Made by a program: the position numbers and the translations under genes. From the human T2T-CHM13v2.0 reference genome, Homo sapiens, in assembly GCF_009914755.1 (NCBI RefSeq), contig NC_060933.1: DNA of 64,000 nt. One strand, written 5' to 3'. The notes under the pieces were generated by a model that was not told the origin of the DNA, made no database searches, and saw only the letters and a program-made list of their open reading frames with translations. Shown here one piece after another: positions 16,220 through 30,149 of this stretch. Within the stretch, counting starts at the first letter, position 1. Each line of letters begins with the position of its first letter.

Positions 16220-19200
16220 CTGAGAAAACAATTATAAAAGGAAACATGAGGGACATAAAACAGCAGGAACAAAGACAAACTCTCCAAAGCCAAATTCTCA
16301 CCTCCCATTCTGGCTATACAAGAGCGTGACAACAAGCCTTTTAAAAAAAAATCCTTCAGGATTTTTCTCTACCCTCTCTCCCTCCCCACTGCCATTTAAC
16401 CACTGAGTTCTCAACTGAGATACAGAGGGAATAAACAAGTACAATAAAGGGAAAACCTACTCACAGTTTGGGTTTCTCAAGATTTCTAAGCTGCATTTCA
16501 AATACACTATGTTTGGTGAAATTCAAAGTACATCTTTTGCCAAGCCCTTTTTCTGCTAATTTTTAAAATCTATTTGCATTTAAGGGGAAATTTGATCCGT
16601 ATGTTTCTGAATCATTTACACTTAGCTCACAAACATTTTGTTTGTTTTGTAAGATATATCTGAGGTCCAAGAAGTGTTGTTACAAGTCTTTATTATGAGC
16701 CTCTCTAATCCTATTCTCTTTGAACAATGCATTTGCTTTTGCCAAGAATGAATTAACTTAAACCTCGAAGGTCAAGTATGGCTTGAAACCCACAACCCAC
16801 GAAATCTGCGTGGGCTCCGTGCTTGGCAAAGAGTGTTCCTGAGGGTATGATAGGAAGATGATGTAGGAGTCACATGCGCCAATCACAGTAAGACTATTGG
16901 TGGTTTCTGGGGTGGGGGACATGTTGATGTTTAAATAAGGAGATGTTGTCAAGAAACCTGGGATATGAAATGGGTGATTGTACATTGATCTTCCAATTGT
17001 GAAGGAAAATTGGAAAGACCTGACTCACTATGTTTAAAATGACAGTTTATGCTTTCTAACATTGAAGGCAAGATGTAATTGTTAGAACAATGTTACAGTT
17101 TGGCAATGTCTATCAAATATCAAAATGATCCTCCAGGTGCCAGTTCAGTAGGGGACTGACAGAATATAGGGGAGAAAGGAGCAGGAAGTCTGTCAATGCA
17201 GTAAAATGAAGCAGCAAATGAATTGTTTAGTTTCCTCAAAAAGTCCCAGTAAGCTGAAAACTTTTAATCAGCTGTTCCTTACACTGTGTAGAAAGACAGG
17301 CTTTGTTTTGCAGTAACACGTATAGGTCACCATCTGCTTACATTGCTTATTTCACAGGAACAAATTGCTTTAACTTTGCTGGGCTTTTGTGGAGGGCCAT
17401 AGATGATAAAAAGGGAAGATGAACTAGTCAAGCTTATAAAGTGATTGGAAACATTCTGAACCAGAATATTTAATAAGGCAGAGTTTCTATGTTTGTACTG
17501 TAGCAGTAAGAAAGCATGGGACAAAAATCTCATGTTCTTTTTGCTTTTCCCATGTGAGGTGTGATGAGACTATAGAAGAAAGTGAATGTAAGAACCAAGA
17601 AAGTAGGAGTAGGACTCGCTAACCTCTAGGGAAAAGAAGTCAAGGCGAGGAGCTTAAACAAACCAGCTGGGTTGGGATGCCTGTTTAATTGATCATTTAC
17701 ATCTTCATTCTGCTGAAAGAGAATAGTAAGTGACTGCACCGTGCTGAGTAAATACACATTTTCTGAGCATATCATCTTAACTGGTATTACCCTGAAAAGA
17801 TCTGCTGAATAGCTTGAGAGAAAACACAGCAAACAAATCCTGGCACTGCCCTGAGAACATCTAGTAAAACTCATTTGCCAGGATTCCTCATATGAAGGCT
17901 ATTTTCTGGGGGAACGTGTTTTTAACGTGTCTTACAAGTTGCTCTGAGGTTGTGGGAGAGCGATGAGCAATTGTGAGATCATAGACTTTAGGGGCAGAAG
18001 GAATCCAGGTTAACACCTAATCCCAAATCCCCTGGTCCTTAAAGATCCCCAGAGATGGAGGCGGGAAGGATCTGAATTGCAAGGCAACCTATGGTACTAT
18101 TTAACAGTCATTGCTGCTGTCCCAGTTTTGTTTTCTGGGGCAAAGGAGCAAGATCCTTTGATCGGCTCCCCAATTCTGTTTCCTAGGTTGTAAATCAAAG
18201 ATGCAACTTGCTCTAGATGGTTTTCCAGTCCCTTCTTCTGGAATATCTGCTATCCTCTTTCTGTTGAGGACTGATGGGACACAGAGATGTGTGAATGGGC
18301 AAGTCAGCAAGTAGATCTATATCTAGATCCTATATATATATGATTCTATATAATTATATGCTGATTAAAATCATTCTTATGTACTCATCCATGGAAGTTC
18401 CAAACCAGGGCCATGCTCTCTTGACTACCAAATATTACCCAGTATAATAATATCATTGAATAAAGAAAAAAATATGATAGGTACAAACCATGGTTTTAGC
18501 ACTGCTATCTCAAGGTCATGAAGGAATAAAATATCATGGCTTCAACTGACTCAAGATTTTGCTTTTTCCTAATTCAGGCTGAATTTTCCTCTATGTTAGT
18601 CAAATAAATGAATTTATACAATATAAAGTTAATATAATTTCAAAACATAGTATGACACCCCATATAAAGTATTAATAGAAATTTAAATATAAACTATTCT
18701 AAGTAAAATACACATTTAAAGTAGGCTTTGATTTGAAAAGGAAAGAAATAGTACAAAAATGTTAACTTTTATACATGTAGAGAAATAAAATATGACAAGA
18801 AGTGATCACAATTATCCAGACAATTGCTAGGAACAAGGAAGTAGATAGGAAGCCACCACTAAAAAGTCCAGCATAAGAAGTAAGTGTATATATAGGATTG
18901 ATTTTCAAGTACGGCAGATAGAATCCATTTTGTTACTGTGTAAAAACACCACATAGTACCATACTTAAAATCTTTCAAAATGTATTAATTGAAATTTAAT
19001 ATTTATAAAGTTAGTTACTTGTTAACCAGCTCATAGTAGAGTAGAAATAGTAAACTAAAATCAGGGGTGAGAGGACAGGAGAGGCATGGAGAAGATGAAG
19101 AGAGAGTCTTCCTGTTTGAGGTAAGGTCCCTGGGAATGTCAAAACACAGTAATGGACAACTCTTCTCTCAGCAAGAGAGATGCCAGGAGAGTGACTCAAC

Positions 19201-19385
19201 AAGCTAACAAGTAGTCTGAGGTTATTTATTTGGTGCAAAAGCAAACAAACAAACAGAAAACACACATACTTAGATGCTCACTAAGCAAAAATAAACTGTT
19301 TTCACTATTGTTGGAGGCAGGATGGGGAACTCAGAACCCCATTTTCTAAGTGTCTGCACCTACTTTCCAACCCTGTTTCTTCGAA

Positions 19386-19406
19386 ACACACACACACACA
19401 CACACA
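19386..19406. repeat. (AC)n microsatellite
   Basis: About 10 perfect units. Confidence 0.9.
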
Positions 19407-20000
19407 TATCAAAATGAATATGTTCTGAATATTCTGTCCCCAAAAGTTAACTGAGACTTTATTTTAAATCAAATGAAGGTAAATTAAATTTTTTTGATGC
19501 TAAAATAAACAAAACATTGTAATGCCGAGGATAAATTATAGTTATTTGCCATTTTCCCTCTTATGGAGTATCTTATTCCCCAATTATGTCAGATCAAGAT
19601 GACATCACTCCCATTCATCTTCAGTTACAGCGTGTCCAAGAGCCAGAAGAGACACCTTCTGACATCTTTTCTAGGTCCAACCCTGTTCTCTAGCTGCTGA
19701 TCTGCAGTTGACACTTCAGAGATTTCACTGGACATGGCTTATTAGTCTCTTCTTTAGCCTTTTATACTTCTTTGAAACAATAGATGATTGCTCTGTTAAA
19801 TAGGCACATAACAGACTAGAAAAAAAAATTACTGCTTACCAGAAACAGATCGCACAAAAGCTAACCAGATAACTGAGTCAAACACTTCCACTCATTTGGT
19901 AGAGGAGTTTGTATAACCCTACCATGAGCAATGGCATGCAAAAGAAAAAAAGAAAGGGAAGGGGAACAGATTTTAAAACCTCATAAAAAATCCTCTGGGG

Positions 20001-20279
20001 GGCCAAGCGTGGTGGCTCACGCCTGTAATCCCAGCACTTTGGGAGGCCGAGGCGGGTGGATCACGACGTCAGGAGATTGAGACCATCCTGGCTAACACGG
20101 TGAAAGTCTGTCTCTACTAAAGATACAAAATATTAGCCGGGTGTAGTGGTGGGTGCCTGTAGTCACAGCTACTCAGGAGGCTGAGGCAGGAGAATGGCGT
20201 GAATCCGGGAGGTGGAGCTTGCAATGAGCTGAGATAGTGACACTGCACTCCAGCCTGGGTGACAGAGCAAGACTCTGTC

Positions 20280-20308
<29 letters not shown>
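20001..20308 (+). mobile_element. Alu (AluY-like)
   Basis: gaccatcctggctaacacgg and gaatggcgtgaa diagnostics, long pure A tail, TSD aaaaaa(t/a)cctctggggg. Confidence 0.95.
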
Positions 20309-20311
<3 letters not shown>

Positions 20312-20799
20312 CTGGGGGATGAGGAAACATTTAAAACATTTCTGCAAATATGTATCTCCACCTATCTTAAAGAATGTCTGATTATTTGGGGGTATTTACT
20401 TGGCCACTCTCCTTCCCTTCTATGCCCTTCTCCATTGCTTGCTCAGCCCCAACCCCCTGTTATCATTGAACTCCCCAGCCATGCAGTGGGGTGGCCCAAC
20501 AGCATTCAAACTTAGATTGTTTCTCATATCAGTAGCTCCCAACTGAGACACGTAGACCCTGAGACACTGAGAACTGCTTAGGTTCATGTGCAGAAAAAGT
20601 GGGAATGGCAGGAGAAGCAGATGGGCAAAGGAGAAGACAGACAGGCCAGAAGTCACACCCACCTGGGCTTGGATGCTGGGTCTGTCTGTTACTAGCTGGG
20701 TAAACAAGTAAATTCCCCACCTTTTCCCAGGATCAATTTCAAGCATAAAATAAAGGTTATCTCAACTTTCACTGAAGGTTCTAAAGTCCATGGTGACAT

Positions 20800-21050
20800 T
20801 TATTCATTCAAGGGGTCTTTGTTGAGCACTAAATGTGTGGCATTGTTCTAAGCACTAGGGATAGAGCAACAAAAGACACATATCTCTGTCTTTGTGGAAC
20901 GTATATTTTAGTAAGGGGAGACAGGCAGTGAAGAAATTTAGTAAGCAATGTATCTACTGGGCTAGAGGAAATGAATGCTATGGAGAAAAACATGGAGACA
21001 GCAAAGGGCGGGGTGGATTAGGAATAATTTTAAATTGAGAAGTCAGGAAT
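20800..21050 (-). mobile_element. L2 3' fragment
   Basis: attcattcaa...ttgagcact...tgttctaagcactagggatagagca. Confidence 0.7.
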
Positions 21051-21307
21051 ATCAAAGTACTTAATACAATGAAAGTCTGATGCCTTCCGGGTGATCAACA
21101 CATGTTTATGGAATGATCGATTGAATGTACATTTAAGGCATCCCTGACATTAACATGTATCCCAGTGTTCGAGAGCTGTGTAAGACTGTGGTCCCAGCAA
21201 TGTATTAGAATGTCTATAGAGTTCTTAGAAAATCTTAAGACTCCTTCCTTCTTTGACTATTCAGATATAAACACTAAGGCTCAACAGAAAGTGAGGCATT
21301 TTTTATA

Positions 21308-21970
21308 TTATTGGTGGGAATGTAAATTAGTTACACAATTGTAGAAGCCGTGTGGTGATTCCTCAAAGACCTAGAACCAGAAATACCATTTGACCCAGAA
21401 ATCCCATTATGTACCCAAATCCCATTACTTTGGGTATATAATTCCATTATATACCCAAATGAATATAAATCATATAAAGATACATGCATGTGTACGTTCA
21501 TTGCAGCACTATTCACAATAGCAAAAACAGGGAATCAATCCAAATGCCCATCAATGATAGACCGGATAAAGAAAATGTGGTACATATACACCATGAAATA
21601 CTATGCACCCATAAAAAGGAATGAGATCATGTAATTTGCAGGGACATGGATGGAGCTGGAAGCCATTATCCTCAGCAAACTAATGCAGGAACATAAAACC
21701 AAACACTGAATGTTCTCACTTATAAGTGGGAGCTGAACAATGAGAACACATGGACACAGGGAGGGGAACAGCACACACTGGGGCCTGTTAGTGGGTGCAG
21801 GGGAGGGAGAGCATCAGGAAAAATAGCTAATGCATGCGGGGCTTAATACTTAGGTGATGGGTTGATAGGCACAGCAAACCGCCATGGCACATGTTTACTT
21901 CTGTAACAAACCGGCACATCCTGCAAATGTATCCCAGAACTTAAACTTAACTTAAATTAAATTTAAAAAA
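21308..21970 (+). mobile_element. 5'-truncated L1 (older L1PA, about PA11-16) ORF2 end plus 3' UTR
   Basis: ggtgggaatgtaaattag...ttcctcaaagacctagaaccagaaataccatttgaccc...gagagcatcaggaaaaatagctaatgc, then A tail; TSD gaaagtga(g/a)gcattt. Confidence 0.93.
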
Positions 21971-24900
21971 GAAAGTGAAGCATTTACTCATGTGGCTGAT
22001 TTTCTAGTTCTAGAAGTAGTTAATGTTGGTCTTGTGTATAGGTCTCATATCTTGGTGCTGGGTTTTCCAGTGGAGTATCCTGAGTCCACAAATTCATACA
22101 ATTATAGAATGTTTTAGTTGGAAAGGGCACTGGAGCACCATCTTATTTGGATGAAAAAAACAAATGCCCAACGAGGTAAAATAATTTGCTTAAAGTCACA
22201 AAGGTAAGAAGGACTTCTCTAGCGGAGATGGAAAGCAATCATGAGTGGTGGGGTGAGGGGGGAATGAAGAAGATTCCTGAGGGCATCTGAAATGTTCATC
22301 TTTATCATGGGCTAGTGGGAGAGCGTGTCAGCAACATACTACCTTTAAGAAATCTAGCAATGGCAAGTGTTGCTCAGTGTGCTTTGGTGAACTTGCTCAG
22401 CCCTGAACTGGAGTTCTTCATGCACAACATAGTATATACCTTTAGTCTTTCTAACTAGATAACTTCTTTCGGGTAGGGCTCTTTCCCGTGTGTATAAGTC
22501 CAAAGTATTTCTTTGTCAATGTACACATTTATTTCTTTAACAAAATTTACTAATAGATTGTGTTACCAGTCAAGCATGTCATAAATATTTCTTACTTTTC
22601 TTCATTTGTACTGTACGCACAAGCAGTTCCAGCCAGCAGTGCAGGACTGTGTGTTTTAGCACTGCTTTGGGGGTTAACACTTTGAAAAGAAGGAATTTGT
22701 GTTTTTACACGATCAACTAGATTAAAAGGCGGTATGTGTTCTGGATAGTTTTTCTTTCCCTCCGCCCCCCGTCTCTTCCACGGCGGCTACAGACCTCCCA
22801 AAGAAGGAAGGATTCATTAGAACAGCTTGTTTCATTGTATTCACACGAAAAATATTATTGATTTGCTGCCAGGGAGTAGAAATAATGGATATAAACTAGT
22901 CTACGATGGATTTGGGGAGGTATTTTTTTATTTCCCCAAAGAATTGTGGGGTATCATCTGTGGCGGTTTTAAAATTCATCTGTGCAAACTAATCAATGAA
23001 AAATGGCTATAGCAGTTGGCCAACTGCAGAGGGGGAAGAAAGGAATCCTTTTCAAAACTTAAAAAGAAAAGCCCAGTTTTAAGGATTTCACATCTGATTT
23101 AACATCTAAAAAAACCCCGCAATGATAATACCCCACTTTGTATAGCCAGACAGCACTCCATTTTAGCAGACTTTAGTGGTCTTTATAACGATTTATGAAT
23201 CACTTCATGAATTCCTGGCTGACTCATCTGGGTGACTATAGTATCTACTTATACTTCCCTTCTGTCTCACAAAAGAGACACTTGGACTCAGTTCAATCCA
23301 GATTTGTCCCCAAATGAATCACAGCACGTTACTGGGGGAACTGCAAATTGAATTCGGCTTCTGAGACAATCAAGACCAGCTTTCAGTAAAGAAGAAACAG
23401 CCGCTGGGAAGTGTGGGTAATTGCAACACTGTCCACTGGGGCAGGACTGGGGCAGGGCAAGAGCTGTGTGTCCGTCTGAGGACTCTGTCCCCAAATAGTC
23501 CAAGAGCCTAATCTGTCCCCTGGAAGAGCTTGTGCTCCCTATGAGAGGCTGGGTCAGTATTAACTGCAAATAATTCATAAGGTTGGAAAAGACCAGGACT
23601 CAAAAATGATGGCCTGAACCTACACTGAGCATGACAAAATGAAGTCTGTGAAGTTGGCTGTAGGTGAAACGATCACAAATACTTTTTGAAGGAGATGCTC
23701 ATATACATCATGAGTGAGTGAGTGTGAGAAACAGAAAGGACAGAGTGTTCTGGAGGAAAGTTTCTCCTCTTGGGTGTAGGGAGCGAGTTGTAAGTCAAAA
23801 AAACAAACTAATCAATGCCCAAGGCAGAGAAGTGTTATTTTTTTTTCTTCGAAATGCTGAAATAGGACCCACAGCATTGCAGTGTTTCTCCCCTGTGGAA
23901 AGAAAAAGGGAGGAGGGGAGAACGTCTCGGGTATGTCAGAGAAATGAATTATGCAGGACCAAGAGAGGAGTTTTCTGGAATATCCTGACTGCAGAATTGG
24001 CTGTGACTCAGTTGTTTGTCTATTTCAGAATCTGACATGGGGAGAGAGGGAAGAAAGGCTGATTCTGCCAAATCCTCTCTTTAAAAAAGCACCAAACTGA
24101 AGAAAATTTATCCAGAGTGGTCCTAGACATTTGATGTAAAAAATTCTACTATGAAAAAAAAATCTGCAATGATATCATCTCTTGGGTTTCTCTGAGTGGG
24201 TCAGAGCAAGGGGATTAACTCATAGTCCTGTAGCAAAGGCAAGAATCTTTCTCTTGTTCAGCATGGTGTCAGACATAGCGTTCAATCTACTTTACAATAG
24301 AATGCATTAGATGAAAGAAAAACGTTCAGAAGAGAGTGTAATGAGAATGTCAGATGAGAAACAAGGCAAAAAATCAGTGTTATTTTTGTCTAAGCATGAG
24401 AAATGGAGGCATGGACATACAAAAAATGGACTATCCAGTATCCCAGTATCCTTCTCATGGTTTCAAAATGCAAACACTAGTCTCTTGAACACACCAGCAG
24501 AACTTTGAGAACCAACTTTAAACGCAGTACTCCTGCCAAGTGTGGTCAGGTACCTTTGGAAGCCACAACCAGAGAAGATGTCAAAAGTCAACATAATCCA
24601 TACATTTGAAAAGAAACTGGCCGGGTGACGCTTCAGTCATTAATAACATGTGCTGTTTATAGTGCTTTTTTTCTTCCCTCATATTGAATGTCAGGTGCAG
24701 GAATTTTCTGCACCTTCTCTTAAAGATAAGACTCAACATTTGACTAGAGAAATGAATGGAAGGAAACAGCATATATTTTAAAAATACACAATTAGTGAAG
24801 GGCGTTTGGCTCTTATAGATGGAAAGGGCAAAAACCCTCAGATACTTGCTACTGTTGCGTATCTCCAGCACCTTATCTAGTTCTACGAGAAGGTAAGTAT

Positions 24901-25990
24901 TGAACAAATGTAGGTCATTGCTGCTGAAGAATTACTCTGCTGAACATGGTTCCACAGACCTGGTTCTCAACTTGGTGCCAATTCCTGTGCCCAGGTAGAT
25001 GATACATTTGCCCACTTGGTGCAAATGTCCAGCTGGATATTATATTTGCACAGCTTCTGGCTCCGAGGGGAGAATATGTATTCAAGAGAATGAGCCTAAT
25101 GATGTTCTCTGAGGGGAAGGATGAGTAAAACAGAAATTTTTTCTCCTTCTAACTAAACAGAAAAGCAACCAAAGACTATTTCTCAGAAAAGGACACAAAC
25201 ACAAAAGGTTCATCCAATGAACTTTGCCTCTGGGTTTCTGCTCACCTCCATACTCTCCTTACCAGCAATCAACACAGTTCTTCACGTGCAGAAAGATAAT
25301 CTCTTAGCAGCTAAGTCTCCTGACTGTCGCTACGTGGGAAAGGAAAAGACCATGAAGATTTCTAGATCGCGCCTTTAAAAGACTAAGTAGAGGCAATCCT
25401 TTGACCAGCCTATTCTATGTCAGAGAGGAAGCACTTTGGAATATGTGGATGTCTTGACTCAGGCTAGAATGGCTTGTGGGCTTTTGCTTTGAGAATTCTG
25501 ACTATATATGACTCGCTGTTTCAGAAACAGCATATGACAAGAACATACTAACAAGTTGGAATAATACCATGAGTTAGTGTGACTTCCATTGTTGCTTCAT
25601 GCTATTGTAATAAAGTAGAGGTTGCAAGAAGAGAAATGCTATTTCACTTAAGCCTTTCTTGTTACTGTCATGACTCACTTTCCTGACTGAAAATCCAAGG
25701 GGACTAAGAAAACATCATCTTGGGCTTAACATGAGGTGGATTTGTTTGGAATATGGAAACAAAATAAAGATGGTTGATTTGGCTTTTGGAGGCCAAATGA
25801 CTTCCTTGGCACTTAAAACATGGTTTCCTTTATAGGCATCCTAATAGTTGGTTTTTGATATGTGATTGTAATTAATCTAAAATGAAGAACCAGTGCATTT
25901 CAAAAATAAAACACAGGTGGATAAAAATCTGATATAACAAACACTGAAACCACAAGTGGAGCTGTCTGCTTGGGAGAGTGCCCCACAGAA

Positions 25991-26002
25991 ACTGACGTCA
26001 GT
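25991..26002. promoter_or_regulatory. Full palindromic CRE (ACTGACGTCAGT)
   Basis: TGACGTCA at 25993-26000 within a 12-bp perfect palindrome. Motif only; function untested. Confidence 0.4.
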
Positions 26003-26134
26003 GTCTCCTGCCTTCCCATGAAGTGGTCCGAAGCAGATTGTGGAGGTGGAAGAAGAACAATTGCCTGCTCTGGGATACTGTAACCACTCTCAGAAATAAC
26101 AAATGAATGAGAGTAGTATTCTTGCTTCCATCCA

Positions 26135-27130
<996 letters not shown>

Positions 27131-27718
27131 AGACTTAACTCTTGATTTTCCTCCATTATCAAGAAACACATTAGACTGAAAATTATGTTCATAAAAGTAG
27201 ATAGGTCGGGGAAGCCAGTTTAGCAATGTTGTTTTGTTGTTGTTGTTGCTGTTGTTATTTTATCTTTTTCTTTTCTTCCGGAGCCATTCACAATCACTAG
27301 ACTGGTAAAAAGAAAGCAACCAATGTCATCTATTTCCTTATAAGTGTACATGTGACTTCCAGGAGCATATCAGGGGAGTGTATTTAAGAAGTTATTAGTG
27401 AGAGAAGAAAGTTCATTCCAAAGGCCAATGACCTAACTGATATTTGCCAGAGGATGAAGCGTGGCTTTGGCCATGGATCCTCAATAGTTAAGAAGCTTAA
27501 AGACTGGCTGGCCATTCTACCCTGGAATAAACATTGAGAAGTACCAGAAATTTTCCATAGATTTAAAGAAAACAAAATAGGAAGAGGCCACCAACCTTTT
27601 CTAATCTAAAACCCAAAGCTTTCATCTCCATTTTCAAAAATAGGATATCAGAATTTTCTGCCTCTGTACTGCTCACAACATTGAGATCAGGAACAACTTT
27701 TATTACATTCAACAATTC

Positions 27719-27719
<1 letters not shown>

Positions 27720-27753
<34 letters not shown>

Positions 27754-27786
27754 TGCATGTGTGTATGCGTGTGCATGCACATGTGT
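27720..27786. repeat. (TG)16 plus alternating RY extension
   Basis: Perfect TG run at 27720-27751, then gtgcatgtgtgtatgcgtgtgcatgcacatgtgt. Confidence 0.92.
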
Positions 27787-28689
27787 TGGGTAAGGAGTGG
27801 ATTTTGGACCCCACCTCTCTTAATCTTGAATATCTGTGGAAGTTAACCTTTCTAGAGAGAAACTGGTCCTCTCATGGGATGCTAAATGAGGATAATGGCT
27901 TGACTTCTGCATAAAAGTGCTGTGGCCCAAAGAGAAAGAATGATGTTCATGATGACATGGCACAAGGTGAGCCCCCAGAGGGGACACTACCAGAGGATGA
28001 CATGGATGTCAACAAGCAGGCTGATAAAAATGGTTATTTGAGGCTTATATTTGTCTTTTAACTATGGCTTTTCTCAACTATTCCAATGATCAAGATTGAC
28101 AAACTTAATTGCCTGTGTTTATTTGTTACCCTCTAAGTTAGATATGTTTCTGTATGTGTCAGAAACTCTCTTAATTTGCATCAGTGACCACAGAGCAGTG
28201 CTCACTAGACAAATTGCAACCATAAGATGACACGCAGTCGTGCAGTGAACTCTTAGTCATATCCAAGTTTTCTCAGATATAATGGAGACAAGTGAGACCA
28301 AGTTATTGCTGGATTAGCTCTCTAATTTTCAGATGTTCATCACTTTGTCTTCAAAATGGAAGTAATTTTTTTTTGACACTCAGTGACTCTTCAAAACCCT
28401 GGTAGTTCATGACTACATAAAATACAAGCTTCAAATTGCTAGGGACAAAACTGTCTTTACAAATGGTATTAAAAAGGAAAATAACATAATCCCTATTGTG
28501 CTGCTTCACTAATCCAGGAGGTACAAAACAGTGTCTTTGGCTATTTGAGAACAAGATGAACCATTTTTCAATTCTTTGTCTTTTTTCTTCTATCAGGCAG
28601 AGAATACATTCTGAACTCTTTGTGGGTGGATAACAGACTAGGGAGGAATTTGGAATGTGTGCAAGAGTCACTACATCACCCTTATTGGC

Positions 28690-29085
28690 CCAACACACAA
28701 CTTCTTGTCCTCAAGTTAAAGCCCAAACCCCTAAATGTGGCTGATAAGGTTACTCCCTAATTTCTACACTAAGCTCCACCCTTGCCTGGCTCTCTTCCTT
28801 CTTAGCTTTTGTATACAACACTTGTTGTACATAGTCTTCTTGCCTGTAGGCTATCAGTTTTCAGGAAAAAATTTCCTCCTCTAGTCCTTTCTCCCCAATT
28901 TTGGGTTATGTGCTCTTTCTGTATGCATCCACAGGCCCCTATATCATCCCTTCATAATACTCTAAACTATGATTGCCTATTGGCTTGGTGTCTTCCGTTA
29001 GACTGGATACTCTGAGAGGGCAAGGCTTCTGTTGGTCTTATTTACCACTGTAGCCTCAGTGTCCAGCATACTGCCTGGTATATAA
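28690..29085 (+). mobile_element. L2 3' fragment
   Basis: tagactggatactctgagagggcaagg...tttaccactgtagcctcagtgtccagcatactgcctgg. Confidence 0.7.
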
Positions 29086-29229
29086 ACACCAGCGAAAGAC
29101 AATAAACAAAACAACAGTAAACAAATAAACCTCTAGTGCTGGGGTAGATTTTGATATGCTTAATATTTGATATGATGTATATGACTATTACACATATACT
29201 ACATTAAAGAGAGTGAGAAAAAATTATCT

Positions 29230-29232
<3 letters not shown>

Positions 29233-29266
<34 letters not shown>
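29233..29266. repeat. (GT)17 microsatellite
   Basis: Perfect dinucleotide run. Confidence 0.93.
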
Positions 29267-29270
<4 letters not shown>

Positions 29271-30149
29271 GCTGAGTGGTTTAAGACACCAACATCGCTG
29301 ATTACTCAGAAAGTCCTGGAGAGGAAAGAACAGCAAAGCAACAGGCTTAGTTTTTAGTTGTTCAGACGCTACATATACAAATAAGTGAGAATGGTGAGTG
29401 TCAGGCACTAGTATTCAAGATTTCAAGAAAGCAATGTAGAGAAACCACAAATGGATGGTGGCAAGGTACTCCTAGCAATGTGTTTGTGTGCATGAATGTA
29501 TATATTAGAGCAACTATGCATTGTATCAAAGTACGCAGGTTATACAAGATGGGAAGAACTTCCAGAATTACGGCTACTGCCCTTCTGATCAATAAATCAA
29601 GGGAATTGTTGCTTTCTGGAAAGACACTGGGACCTGCCAATGACCTCTTGCTTCTTAGGCACTCCCCTCATTGGTCTTTTACCTTTCTCAAACCTTCCTT
29701 AGGACCTATCACTGCATTACTCAGTACATGGCAGTATGGAGGTCACCAGGAAACTTAAGGTTCCTGCTCACCAAAAGCTAACAATTCAGTTAGCATGGAG
29801 ACATCTGGTAAATAGCATATACATGAAACAGATGATAAGATCCAAGGGATTCATCAAGGGAACTTGATTTTGTGAACTGTGAGAGGCAGAGGAGAGGCTT
29901 CCTGCATCGAGAACTAAACTGAGCTCCAAAGGCTGGGTAACACTTGGTTAAGGATAGGAAGAAAAAGGAAGTTTTTATATAGAAACAAAGCCTGAATTAA
30001 GACACGGAAAAAAGGAAACTAAGTCATAAGTCAGACTGGTTTGGGTAGAGCTAAAGAACTTTACAGAATTGCAAAGCCATTGAGTTGAAAATCGTTGCTG
30101 TCTTTGACCCTTTAGCATCCAGGCAAGCAACATTACATTCCCAATGATC

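Noticed and set aside
24889-24898. Perfect plus-strand donors AAG|GTAAGT (also near 47660 and 63283)
   Set aside because: No matched acceptor or transcript evidence; such 9-mers occur by chance.
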